This document shows positions 31,901 through 43,929 of a stretch of DNA of 64,000 nt, piece by piece; within the stretch, counting starts at the first letter, position 1; every line of letters starts with the position of its first letter. Origin of the DNA: Heterodontus francisci (lineage: Eukaryota); NCBI RefSeq assembly GCF_036365525.1, contig NC_090388.1, positions 29,962,662 to 30,026,661 of the forward strand, written 5' to 3'. The notes beneath the pieces were generated by a model. It was not told where the DNA came from. It saw nothing but the letters and a program-made list of their open reading frames with translations, and did not search any database. A program made the position numbers and the translations under genes.

Positions 31901-34900
31901 CGGACAGTGTTTGGAAGGACAAAGCAGCCATTCCCTGACACATACAATCTACAATGGACTTTTGATCACTAGACATTGAAGGTGGGGGGAGCTCGCATTC
32001 CAGGTTGACTGCTAAGATGGTCAAATACACAAACTGACATGGCCAAACCAGCTAGTCACACGACTAACCTGCTGGGCAACCTGAATTTTTTGAACTTGTA
32101 CAGTTTGGGCAGAAAGCGGTTTGCTCCTGCACTAAGATCTCTTTGTCTGCTCCCATCTCTTCCTCACAAGCCTCTGAATCCACTGAAGACACATGAACCC
32201 AGAGAGAAAAGTCTCCTACAGCGAACAAAGTTTAAGAAGAATACTGGGCCCCAACGAAAAGCAAGATCTATCTACAATTAAGGACTCTACAGTGAGCTCG
32301 AAGAACCGTAACAACTCTTCAGATATTGCCTCAAACCTTTCCAATTTATTTTTCTTCTGCTCTTTTCTGTCTCTATTTGCAGGTGTGTATCCAGGATATA
32401 TGCTAGCGTGGGCATTAACCAAATTAGAGTTTAAGTTTAATAAATTACAACCTTTCTTCTTTAAACTTAAGAAAGCCTGTTTGTTTTGATTTCTTTGCCT
32501 TATAATTGGAACAAGGGATTCACCAAGGGGAAGCTTAAAAACACAGTATGTTTAAAATTAAACCCTGTTACAGTAAGACCAGGTGAAGGCTGAAAGGGAA
32601 CCCTAGACCTTTTTCTCACCTGGTCGTAAAAAGCAGCATTCGAATAGCTGCAATGTCAGGGCAAGTGCCTCTAATTACTTAAATTTAAATGCTGCATAGA
32701 TTCTGGTAATTTACTAGTCACGAGAACTCCAGTTGATTACAGCAACTATATCAAATTAGACCTGCACATATCCAGCTGTACTGATTTCTTGAACTGCACT
32801 GCTACCAAACTCTTGCCAAGCTGACAGCATATTGCTCCACTTCAGATTTTTCATTTGTTCACATTATGGAAAGACACAAGATGGAAAAGGGGAGGGGAGA
32901 GAGTCGGGAGGAAAAGAAAAAGAAAACCAGGATGACGACAAAAGGCCTGGGATACATTTGGACGGATCTGTGACAATCCAAACCCGCGACCTCTACCACC
33001 TAGAAGGACAAGGGCAGCAAATGCATGGGAACACCACCACCTGCAAGTTCCCCTCCAAGTCACACACCATACTGACTTGGAACTATATTGCCATTCCTGC
33101 CACTGGGTAAAAATCCTGGAACTCCCTTCCTAACAGCACTGTGGACTACCCCACATGGACTGCAGTGGTTCAAGAATTAGGGATGGGCAATAAATGCTGG
33201 CCTGGCCAGCGAAGCCCACATCCCATGAATGAATAAAAAAAAAAAGTGATGATTTAAAAAGTATAAAGAATGCATGCTTGAATGGTTAATAACAAGTACT
33301 GAGCAAACTGATGAAGCTACAGGCTGACAAGTCCTTGGTTACTGATGGACTTCATCCCAGGATCTTAAAAGAGGTGGCTAATGAGGTAGATGTGTTGGTG
33401 TTAATTTTTCAAAATTCACGAGATTCTGGAAAGGTTCCATCAGACCGGAAAGTAGCAAATATAACCCCTCTATTCAAGAAGTTGGGTGGGGGGACGCGGC
33501 GGCAGATAACAGGTAACTATGGGGGAAGGTGTTAGAATTGATTAAGGTGGTTATAGCTGGGCACTTAGAAAAAAACTTGTGGTAAATCGGGAATAGTCAG
33601 TATGGTTTTATGAAAGGGAAATCATGTTTAACCAATTTATTGGAGTTCTTTGAAGGAGTGACATGTGCTGTGAATAAAGGGGAGCCAGTTGACATACTGT
33701 ACTTGGATTTCCAGAAGGCATTTAACAAGGTGCCATATAAAAGGTTATTGTGCAAAGTAGGAGCTCATGGTGTAGGGGGTAACATTAGCATGGAAAGATG
33801 ATTGGCTGGCTGGGAGAAAACAGAGTATGCATAATTGGGTCCTTTTCCGATTGGCAGGATGTGACGAGTGGAGTCCTGCAGGGGTCTGTGACGGGGCCTC
33901 AACATTTTACAATTTATATCAATGACTTAGATGGAGAGAAGCAATGTCATGGTGGTTAAATTTGTAGATGACACAAAGATAGGAAAGTATGTTGTGAAGA
34001 GGACATAAGGAGGTTGCAGACCGACAGATAGGTTGGGTGAGTGGGCAAAAATCTGGCAGATGGAGTAGAACGTGGGAAAATGTGAAGTTGTTCACTTTGG
34101 CAGGAAGAATAAAAAAAGCAGAGTATAACAAACGGAGATGGCAGAATTCAGAGGTGCAGAGGGATCTAGGTGTTCTAGTGCACAAGTCACAGTTAGTAGG
34201 CAGGTACAGCAAGTAATAAAGGCGGCAAATGGAACACTACCCTTTATTACGAGGAATTGAAAATAAAAGTAAGGATGTTATGCAGGACATTGGTGAGACA
34301 TCTCGACTACCGTGTACAGTTTTGGTCTCCTTATTTCAGGAAGATTGTAAATGCGTTGGAGGCAGCTCAGAGGACTTTTACTAGATCGATACCTGGAATG
34401 AACAAGTTGTCATACGAGGGAAGGTTGGACAGACTGGGCTTGTTTTCACTGAAGTTTAAAATATCCTGAACAGTCTTGACAAGGTGGATGTGGACAGGGT
34501 GTTTTCTCTTGAGGGAGAGTCCAGAACTAGGGGGCACTGTTTTAAAATTAGGGATCACCCTTTTAGGACAGATGAGGAGAAATTTTTTCTGAGGGTTGTG
34601 TGACTTGGGAACACTGCCTCAGAAGGTGGTGGAGGCGGGTCATTAAATATATTTAGAGACAGAGGTAGATAGATTCTTGTTCAGCAAGGGAATCAAGATG
34701 AGAGTGTGGAATTCGAAATGCAAACAGATCAGTCATGATCTTATTGAATGGTGGAGCCGGCTCAAAAAGGGTCAAGGGGCCTACTTTTGCTCCCAATTCG
34801 TATGTTCTTATGGAATTTAAAGTGTGACTTTTAATTTACAGTAGTTGGTCTTAAGTGGTAGATCTGCAAAATAGAAGGTTGTGTATTTAAGTTCTACTCT

Positions 34901-37900
34901 AGGATTTGGGCACAATCTAGGATGGCACTTCAGTGCAGTACTGAGGAAGTGCTGGCCAATCAAAAGGTTTAATGTCTCGTTTGAAATCTGACACTTACAA
35001 CCCAGTGAGGAAGGTATCTAGGGTTCCCTTTCAGCCTTTACCTGGTCTTACCATAACAGGGTTTAATTTTAAACACTGTTTTTAGCTCCCCCTTGGTGAA
35101 TCCTTGTTCACCACTTTCCTATTATAAAAGACAAAGAAACCAGCATAAACAGTCTTTCTTAGGTTTAAAGGTGGTGAAATTTATTAATCTTAAACTCTAA
35201 CTCAGTTGATACCTATGGATACACGATACACACATGCAAATAGAGACAGAAAAAAGAAAAACAAAGTGGAAAAGTGTGAGGCAATATCTGAAGAGTTTTT
35301 GTTATGGTTCTTTGAGCTCACTGTAGAGTCCTTGATTGTAAGTAGATCTCACTTTTTGTTAAACCTTGTTCACTGTATGAGACTTTTCTCTCTTGGGGTT
35401 CATGTGTCTTCAGTGGATTCAGAGGCTTGAGAGAAATGGGAGCAGACAGGAGAGATCGTCAGTTCAAAAGCAAACAGACTGAGTTCAAATTGTTCGTACA
35501 AATTCAGAAAAACCCAGGTTGCCAAGGTTAGTCATGTGACTAACTGGTCTGACCATGTCTTGGATTGTATCACCTTAGCAGTCTCTGGAATGCTCCTCTT
35601 ACTCTCAATACTTGGTGATCAAGATCCATGTGGGTTGAGTATCAGGGAATGGCTGCTTTGTCCTTCCAAGCACTTAATATGCAAGTGTCTTTTCCAGCCA
35701 CAGATGATCTGTTTAACAAGTCCTTTCTTCACTCCAGTAACAGTTTAAAAATCAATGTTTGTGACAAAATTAATGTGCCTCATTCTTGGCAGGTGGGGGC
35801 CTAGCATAACACACAAGAAACCCTGCTTATCCTCTTTGGTATATGTCACATAATCAAAGCAGGGGTGTTCACTTGCAGATCCCACCAACATTTATCTCTC
35901 AACCCAATTGCTACAACATATTTATTTTGTTGCTATTGCTGAAAGCCCATAGTGTGCAAACTGGCTGCCATGTTTCCTACATTACTATTGTACTTCATTG
36001 GCTGTAAAGCATTTTAGCACACCCAGAAAGTTGTGAAAGGCACCGTACAAATGTCTATTTGTTTCTTTCCAAGTATGCTAGACACAGGGAAATAATTATC
36101 CAAAACATTTTACAGATAACTTAGGACTGAACTAGAAAGCTAGATCTGGGGAGGTCGGAATTATAATATCCATCACCCAATGGAAGTGCTCCCATAAAAA
36201 TGTCTGTATGCGCTAGCATGGCAAGAAACTAGAACAGTCTGCTTAAATTTCTGTTCAAATTTATCCATGAGATATCTCTCACTATGAACAAATGAAACGC
36301 AGAAATTACTTACTAGAAGATCAGTTAGATAATCTCGGCTATAGTTCTGACCGTGATGCTGTGGTTTTCCATTAACAGAAAGTGTGTAATTGTAGTACTT
36401 TGAATTCTTTGCCTAACAAAAAGATAAAAATAGTCAGCAATGCATTATACTGAGTTCCTGCAAGATCCCCCCAACCGCCCTAAACAAATACAATGGATAC
36501 AAAAGAAACATTTATAATACACAGCAATGCCAGCTACAAGGGGTTTCTTTCTCTTCAGACTACTAGAAAAGATTGGATGCCCACCAAAGCTACTAAGTAT
36601 CATCACCTCATTCCATGACAATATGAAAGGCACAATTCAGCATGGTGACTCCTCATCAGAGCCCTTTCCTATCCTGAGTGGCGTGAAACAGGGCTGTGTT
36701 CTCGCACCCACACTTTTTTGGGATTTTCTTCTCCCTGCTGCTTTCACATGCGTTCAAGTCCTCTGACCAGGGGGCAGGTTGTTCAACCTTGCCCGTCTAA
36801 GAGAAAAGTCCAAAGTACAGAAAGTCCTCATCAGGGAACTCCTCTTTGCTGACTATGCTGCTTTAACATCTCACACTGAAGAGTGCCTGCAGAGTCACAT
36901 TGACAGGTTTGTGGCTGCCTGCAATGAATTTGGCCTAACCATCAGCCTCAAGAAAACAAACATCATGGGACAGGACATCAGAAATGCTCCATCAATATTG
37001 GCAACCACGCTCTGGAAATGGTTCAAGAGTTCACCTACCTAGGCTCAATTATCACCAGTAGGCTGTCTCTAGATGCAGAAATCAACAAGCACATGGGAAA
37101 GGCTTCCACTGCTATGACCAGACTAGGCAAGAGTGTGGGAAAATGGCGCACTGACACGGAACACAAAAGTCCGAGTGTATCAAGCCTGTGTCCTCAGTAC
37201 CTTGCTCTATGGCAGCGAGGCCTGAACAATGTATGCCAGCCAAGAGCGACGTCTCAATTCATTCCATCTTCGCTGCCTCCGGAGAATACTTGGCATCAGG
37301 TGGCAGGACCGTACCTCCAACGCAGAAGTCCTCGAGGCGGCCAACATCCCCAGCTTATACACACTACTGAGTCAGCAGCGCTTGAGATGGCTTGGCCATG
37401 TGAGCCGCATGGAAGATGGCAGGATCCCCAAAGACACATTGTACAGCGAGCTCGCCACTGGTATCAGACCCACCGGCCGTCCATGTCTCCACTTTAAAGA
37501 CGTCTGCAAACGCGACATGAAATCCTGTGACATTGATCACAAGTCGTGGGAGTCAGTTGCCAACGTCCGCCAAAGCTGGCGGGCAGCCATAAAGGTGGGG
37601 CTAAAGTGTGGCGAGTCGAAGAGACTTAGTAGTTGGCAGGAAAAAAGGCAGAGGCGCAAGGGGAGAGCCAACTGTGTAACAGCCCCGACAAACAAATTTC
37701 CCTGCAGCACCTGTGGAAGAGCCTGTCACTCTAGAATTGGCCTTTATAGCCACTCCAGGCACTGCTTCACAAACCACTGACCACCTCCAGGCGCTTATCC
37801 ATTGTCTCTCGAGATAAGGAGGCCAAAGAAGAAGAAGGGCAATTTATTTTAAATTGTACTTTGCATTCATGGTTTTAGGTAGAAAATACATCTGACCCTA

Positions 37901-40900
37901 CATTTAAACAAATGCAAAAAATATTTCATATGGTAATTGCACACTGAAAGCATCAACTCATCAGTACATGGCCGAACATTATTTGAAATGGAAATTCTGC
38001 ATAATTCCTACTGCATCTATCCAATTTAATCTTCAGAATTATGGTAATTACACATTTTAGCAGCTGTTTGCAGGTCAACTGAGAAATCCTTGTAAACACT
38101 TACCAAAGCATACCAGTAATCCCATCCTGGTGGGACATGTTCAATGCCACCTGCAGCCTCAGATCCATACTGTGGAATAAGCAATACACAAAGAGTAACC
38201 ATGAGATCTTAAACTGTTTACCAGGCAGCAAAATTTTAATTTCCAGTTCAATGAATAGTTTTGCCTGATACTACCTACCACTCTTCGGCTACAAGGGGAG
38301 GACTCTGAAAATATTTTGAAATTACATAATAGGAGCATTCATTCATTCATTGGCCTTCATAGCGAGAGGATTCAAGCACAGGAGCAAGGATGTCTTGCTG
38401 CAATTATACAAGGCCTTGGTGAGATCACATCTGGAGTAGTCTGCGCAGTTTTGGTCTCCTTATCTGAGGAAGGATGTTCTTGCTATGGAGGGAGTGCAGT
38501 GAAGGTTCACCAGACTGATTCCTGGGATAGCAGGACTGACGTATGAGGAGAGTTTGGGTCAATTATGCTTGTATTCGCTAGAGTTTAGATGAATGAGAGG
38601 GGATCTCAGAGAAATCTACAAAATTCTATCATGACTGGACAGACTAGATGCAGGAAGGATGTTCCTGATGGCTGGGGAGTCCAGTACTAGGGGTCACAGT
38701 CTAAGGATAAAGGGTAAGCCATTTAGGAATGAGATGAGGAGAGATTTCTTCACCCAGAGAATGGTGAACCTGTGGAATTCTCTACCACTGAAAGCAGTTG
38801 AGGCCAAATCATTAAATATATTCAAGAAAGAAAGAGTTAGATATAGTTCTTAGGGCTAATGGGATCAAGGGATATGGGGAGAAAGCAGGAACAGGTTACT
38901 GAGTTTTGGATGATCAGCCATGATCGCATTGAATGGCAGAGCAGGCTCGAAGGGCTGAATGGCCTACTCCTGCTCCTATTTTTCTATTCTCCATTACCAC
39001 TCCTCCCCCTCTTATGTGGAGGTATCTAGTCCCATTTGGCAGAAGGGAGAAAGGGAAGGAGGGAGAGCAAGTTTTACATATCACTGTATATATTTTGTTA
39101 CAATCCCTTTGTAAAAAGGCGATAGTGCCTTACATGATATATATTTTTTAAAATCCAAATACTATCTAGAAAGTTTCAAATAAACCTGGTGTTGTTCAGC
39201 AAATCAGTTTCATGAATGTCTTATTTGCTTTAAGAAAGGGCAGCCCCTTTGAAAGTAGGGAGCTACTTTTTAAAAGAATACTCTGTACACTAGTTGTTCA
39301 CTAACAAGCAGATCACATCAGACTAACTTTGGTGCATCTTCCAGACAGACACTTGATAAAAGCTACATTCATTTTTGACTGCAGTTGCTCTATTTTTGGA
39401 GATCCTATCTCATCAAAACAAATGGAGACATGGCAAGGACAGCAAAAAAGCAAGGTCAGCAAAATGGGGGGGGGGGGGGGGGGGGGGGGGAAAAGAGAGA
39501 GAAGAGAAAGAGAAATCACATGATTAGGTGTACTTAATAAAATGCAACCAGTTGAACTATCACAGGTAGCTGGGAATCATGACTTCTTTCATTTGAAAGT
39601 TAAAATAATTGACTTTTTGCTGTTTCTTGTACTAATCCCAAAGTTTTGTACCTAGTTGCCAATTCAGCAAGTGGAAATAATCTCATTTACATAATTTTGC
39701 ACCCTCATTAGATCTTGCCTTAAAATACCAGTTTCACCAAATTCAATCTTCTCCCAATATGCAAAAGTCCAACATAACGATACCCTCTCATCCCAGATTA
39801 TCTTTATTCATACATAAAGAAAGAGAAATACGGCTGCAAATTTGAAATGAAACTATAAATAGATGCTGAATAGCTAGTTGAGTCTTACTTTTACAGATGT
39901 TGACTAACTCGACATATATTTCCAGCATTTTGTTCTTACTTCACCTTCCAATTTGTGCCAGTACCAAAGGCCGTGGCATAATAGGCATCGTTAGATTACA
40001 GCCAGTTTTTAAAAAAAGCAGTCTTTAAAACCTGACAATGCCACTCAAAATAAAATCGATTAAAAAGCCTCCAACAGAACATTGCATTTCAGATGACAAT
40101 CATACCTAGAATTTTCCTAAACAGCAGTACAAAGGAGGAATAAGTTTGACTTATCATTAAGTCTAAAGTTCAACACCAATAAAAACAATGTTACCTCATT
40201 CAAATATTTCCCTGCAAAAAAAGTCCGATATCCACAATGACGCTGCAGGATAGCTGGGAATGTGTTAGGTTCCTGTGTTTTTTGCCATGCTTTGCTACTG
40301 CAGTTTCCTTCTAGTGTATTATTAAATACACGGTGATTGTGTGGATACTTTCCAGTCATGATACTGGCTCTGCTGGGACAGCACAACGGGCTGGCCACAT
40401 ACTGAAAGAAAATATAACATATGTAAAAACACAAAAAACATATTAGAATCATGCATACTGCATTATTTTCAAATGAGTTTTATTAAAGTATAAAACTTAT
40501 TGCTATAATGAGCATCTAACATGAGTTTTGCTTAATTTAGTTCCGTAACAACCATTTAAAAACTCATAATCTGAGCTTGACAAGTTTTAATTTGGTAAAT
40601 CAGACAGATCAAGCTGAAACAGGCAAAATTCCAATCAAGAAAGCACTTCGGTATCAACGCAGAAGGAAAGCAAGCTAAATCTGCACCAACAAAACCATAT
40701 TTGTATAACATCCCAAAAATAAAAACTGAATTCCTCCCAGACAGCAGGTTCCCAGACTACCACGTTCAAATTAAAATTTTATTTCAAGAAAAAAACAGAC
40801 AGCTCACCACATTATTAAAGGTTATTCCAAGGTCTCCAATAAGTTTTCTGGTTTTCTTCAAGGGTGTCTGCAGAAAACAAAAGGTTCAAGCTTGAATGCA

Positions 40901-41648
40901 TTATAATTCTGATTAGACCACAGTCTACAGCCCTCCCTCCATAGTATACAAGGGGGTTGGAACCCATGCAAATCACCTTAGGCTGTATCAGAAAATGTTT
41001 GACATGAAATATATATTGTAACAATAACCTGCAACTGTAAGTTTAGTGAGGCACCTCAAGAGTGCCACACACTGTACTGAACGAAATTGAACTGTGCTGT
41101 CAAATTTGAACTGTTAGCTAATGTACTTTTGCAGAATTATGAAAAGTATTTTTCAGAAATAAATAATTGATCTGTTTGGTTTGAGGATTAAGAAAAAGGA
41201 TCATTATGCCCTTTATTTTCTACACTTAATTGGAGAAAATATACTTTAAGCTGACTGACAAATTTGCATATTAAGTCACAAAAATGCTATCCTCACCCAG
41301 CTTTTTTTTTAAACTGTATCCCTAAGCCAGGCCTAGCACTGCCATCAGGCCTGATTTTGCTGATAACTGAACCAGGCCTAATGATATTGACGGCAAGTAT
41401 CACAAAAAGCAAAAAAGATCTCTGTTACTTTAAAACAAGCCACAGCCACTCCTCTCTTTCGCTCCCCCAGCAAGGCGTCGCATTGCCCCCACCCAACTAC
41501 CGACTCCTCTCACCATTCCGCCCAGCAGAACATCCTGATCGTCCGTGAGGATCAAAACGATGTTTGGCTTCTTCGAGCTAATCTCTTCAACAGTAGCAAA
41601 TAAAAACATGAATGTGACTGCACAATACAGCGTAGAAAATAAAGCCAT
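22841..41648 (-). CDS. gns: N-acetylglucosamine-6-sulfatase, 14 coding exons, 1599 nt, 532 aa
   Basis: All 14 exons have GT-AG boundaries and consistent phase; hydrophobic N-terminal signal, [12 protein letters not shown], sulfatase FGly motif [49 protein letters not shown]. Confidence 0.97.
24040..24200 (-). CDS. gns: gns exon 13 (161 nt)
   Basis: [53 protein letters not shown]. Confidence 0.96.
24970..25655 (-). mobile_element. L2-type LINE 3' fragment
   Basis: [10 protein letters not shown] motif; same family as 8365-8742 and 50890-51456. Confidence 0.65.
26157..26795. mobile_element. PIF/Harbinger-like MITE
   Basis: TIRs gggctgaatttta / taaaatccagccc; flanked by AAA on both sides. Confidence 0.75.
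26901..27011 (-). CDS. gns: gns exon 12 (111 nt)
   Basis: [37 protein letters not shown]. Confidence 0.96.
28055..28165 (-). CDS. gns: gns exon 11 (111 nt)
   Basis: [37 protein letters not shown]. Confidence 0.94.
28471..28572 (-). CDS. gns: gns exon 10 (102 nt)
   Basis: [34 protein letters not shown]. Confidence 0.96.
29490..29593 (-). CDS. gns: gns exon 9 (104 nt)
   Basis: [35 protein letters not shown]. Confidence 0.96.
30352..30470 (-). CDS. gns: gns exon 8 (119 nt)
   Basis: [39 protein letters not shown]. Confidence 0.96.
30575..30657 (-). CDS. gns: gns exon 7 (83 nt)
   Basis: [28 protein letters not shown]. Confidence 0.96.
31385..31552 (-). CDS. gns: gns exon 6 (168 nt)
   Basis: [36 protein letters not shown]...NFNIHGK. 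Confidence 0.96.
31780..32631 (+). mobile_element. Solo LTR
   Basis: TG start, ...GGTCGTAA(A)A end, internal AATAAA, 5-bp TSD AGCAG (31775-31779 and 32632-32636). Confidence 0.75.
33290..34810 (+). mobile_element. CR1 LINE RT-to-3' fragment
   Basis: [49 protein letters not shown]. Confidence 0.9.
34885..36070 (+). mobile_element. DeuSINE (SacSINE1-like) split by a solo LTR
   Basis: Head cacaatctaggatggcacttcagtgcagtactgagg before about 34992; Deu-domain and tail after 35812. Confidence 0.55.
34993..35811 (-). mobile_element. Solo LTR of the same family as 31780-32631, in inverted orientation
   Basis: Reverse-complement similarity end to end; minus strand begins TGTTATGCTAGGCCCCCACCTGCCAAGAATGAGGCAC. 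Confidence 0.75.
36314..36412 (-). CDS. gns: gns exon 5 (99 nt)
   Basis: [33 protein letters not shown]. Confidence 0.96.
36535..37837 (+). mobile_element. RTE-clade LINE, 5'-truncated and frameshifted
   Basis: [47 protein letters not shown]-terminal CxxC..H..C; (GAA)n tail. Confidence 0.92.
38104..38169 (-). CDS. gns: gns exon 4 (66 nt)
   Basis: [22 protein letters not shown]. Confidence 0.95.
38335..38990 (+). mobile_element. CR1 LINE 3' fragment
   Basis: [33 protein letters not shown]. Confidence 0.85.
39466..39490 (+). repeat. Poly-G run (25 nt) in gns intron 3
   Basis: Read directly. Confidence 0.9.
40195..40401 (-). CDS. gns: gns exon 3 (207 nt), catalytic CCPSR motif
   Basis: [23 protein letters not shown]...FFAGKYLNE. 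Confidence 0.97.
40808..40867 (-). CDS. gns: gns exon 2 (60 nt)
   Basis: [20 protein letters not shown]. Confidence 0.95.
41514..41648 (-). CDS. gns: gns exon 1
   Basis: gccATGg start; [45 protein letters not shown] then /gtgag. Confidence 0.9.
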
Positions 41649-41737
41649 GGCGCTCCGCTTGAGCACTGCACACGGATTTCCGCCCTCTATAAACTCAACT
41701 GCGCTCTCTCTCTCTGCTTCTTCTCTATGATTCACCA

Positions 41738-41746
41738 GTCACATGC
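41738..41746. promoter_or_regulatory. CLEAR/M-box-like E-box (GTCACATGC) about 90 nt upstream of the gns ATG
   Basis: Near match to the GTCACGTGAC / CATGTGAC MiT-TFE site; GNS is a lysosomal gene. Confidence 0.35.
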
Positions 41747-42489
41747 GCCTCCAAAACAAGCAAGTAACATCAGCTGATCACAGCACCTGGTGAGACCTTT
41801 CAATGGGCAATAGCAATTTTCAAGTCAGAGGAGATTGCTTATTTTTCGTGAATATATTAATTTAAAATACACAATTCTCTGTAATCATTTAACATTATAT
41901 GTATTTGCTTGTGAATTTTATTTACTTTTTTCAGTGGGCCCCACATAATTGCAAATGATTTCACTCGTGGCAACTTAAAAACCCAGGAGTTTTTCTTGGA
42001 AGGAAGAAACGATGTAGACTACAAACTATTTTAACAGTTTTGTACGTATTTTTCTACAGTGAGATACAAAGAAAGGTTACATAGTAGCCCAAATACAACA
42101 TTGCCATGCACCATAAACACCAATAGTTTATCCCTCGATTGTTTCTGTTAGTGTACAAAGTAACCTTTTTATTGTTGCTGTATGTCTGGTTGAATGGATT
42201 ATGTAAATGAGGAGGCAGAAGGGAATAAGTATAATGGCCATCACGGAGATATGTACACCTGAGGGAGCCATTAGACCCTGAATGTCCCACTGTGAATCCA
42301 GGAATAACTTACCGGAAAAAGATAGGTCCCATTGAGTCCAGAATTTCCAGTTGGCCTTGAAAGGAGCAGTAACCCTGTGCACCCCTTACAAGCCCAGTAA
42401 TGATAAAGATTTGGAGCTGGGGACCTCACGATGCTGGGTGTCCCTACTTCCATGGCTCAGATGGGACCCAGCATAACATTGGAGGTTGG

Positions 42490-42592
42490 TATAAAAACAG
42501 AAAATGATGGAAACATTCAGCAGGTGAAGCAGAATCTGTGGAGGGAGCACCGGAGTTAACATTGAAGGTCAATGACCTTTCATCAGAACTGC
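42490..42592 (-). mobile_element. Penelope terminal-repeat fragment
   Basis: Minus strand CAGTTCTGATGAAAGGTCATTGACCTTCAATGTTAAC. Confidence 0.65.
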
Positions 42593-43208
42593 AGGTTGGT
42601 ATGTTTCTCAGGTACATTAGTATGAGATGCACAGGTGTACGGAACCCACCAGATGGCTTCAGCAAGAGAAGCAACCTAGATCCCTGAAGAATCTTCCCTG
42701 GACCACTCTAGACTATCAACTATCTGTCAGTTTCAGAGTTGCATCAATTAGCAGCCCTTAGTGATGCAGGTGAAATGCATTTTGGCAGTTTATTCCAAAA
42801 AAATGGGAGACAAGAAAAATACCTTAAAAAAGAGTTTCTATCCTTAGAAAAAATTACTAGAGCTGAATTTGTGTTTTGAATAATGTGTCTGCACACTGTA
42901 CTGCAATGTATTAAGGAAGGGGTGACTATGTTAGAACCATATTTACAGCACAGAATGAGGCCTGTCACACTCATGAGAAAAGCAGTGTTAAAAAATATAA
43001 AAAATAAGCTGATGAGTTATTAAAAAATTAGGACATCTATTTTTAAAATGACCAGTACATTTTTGCCTTCAGCAAGATGGAGGACACAGTCACAGGAGAA
43101 ATACCATCTCCTGCACTAAAATACACGCTAAGAACCAAAACTCATGAACCCAATCTGCATTGAAATAAGGCAGCTCATCACACATGGATGTGAGCTATCT
43201 ACAAAATG

Positions 43209-43863
43209 TCCTCAGTACCTTGCTCTGTGGCAGCGAGGCCTGGACAACGTGTGCCAGCCAAGAGCAACGTCTCAATTCATTCCATCTTCGCTGCCTCCGG
43301 AGAATACTTGGCATCAGGTGGCAGGACTGTATCTCCAACACAGAAGTCCTTGAAGCGGCCAACACCCCCAGCTTATACACACTACTGAGTCAGCGGCGCT
43401 TGAGATGGCTTGGCCATGTGAGCCGCATGGAAGATGGCAGGATCGCCAAAGACACATTGTACAGCGAGCTCGCCACTGGTATCAGACCCACGGGCCGTCC
43501 ATGTCTCCGCTATAAAGACGTCTGCAAACGCGACATGAAATCCTGTGACATTGATCACAAGTCGTGGGAGTCAGTTGCCAGCATTCGCCAGAGCTGGCGG
43601 GCAGCCATAAAGACAGGGCTAAATTGTGGCGAGTCGAAGAGACTTAGTAGTTGGCAGGAAAAAAGACAGAGGCGCAAGGGGAGAGCCAACTGTGCAACAG
43701 CCCCGACAAACAAATTTCTCTGCAGCACCTGTGGAAGAGCCTGTCACTCCAGAATTGGCCTTTATAGCCACTCCAGGCGCTGCTTCACAAACCACTGACC
43801 ACCTCCAGGCGCGTATCCATTGTCTCTCGAGATAAGGAGGCCCAAAAAGAAAAAAAAAGAAAG
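43209..43863 (+). mobile_element. RTE-clade LINE 3' fragment with 8-bp TSD
   Basis: Same family as 36535-37837; ACAAAATG at 43201-43208 and 43864-43871. Confidence 0.92.
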
Positions 43864-43929
43864 ACAAAATGAGCTGAAACAAAGACATTCACAGACTCTC
43901 CATCTCCAGCTACACTTACTACATTAAAG

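Noticed and set aside
31780-35811. One large element with long inverted termini (DIRS- or Polinton-like)
   Set aside because: The left repeat has its own TSD, the right one interrupts a SINE, and the interior is ordinary CR1 debris with no tyrosine recombinase or polB
41649-41735. Upstream in-frame extension of gns (ORF 41430-41735 in the track)
   Set aside because: It begins at a GTG codon; the ATG at 41646-41648 has strong Kozak context and directly precedes the signal peptide
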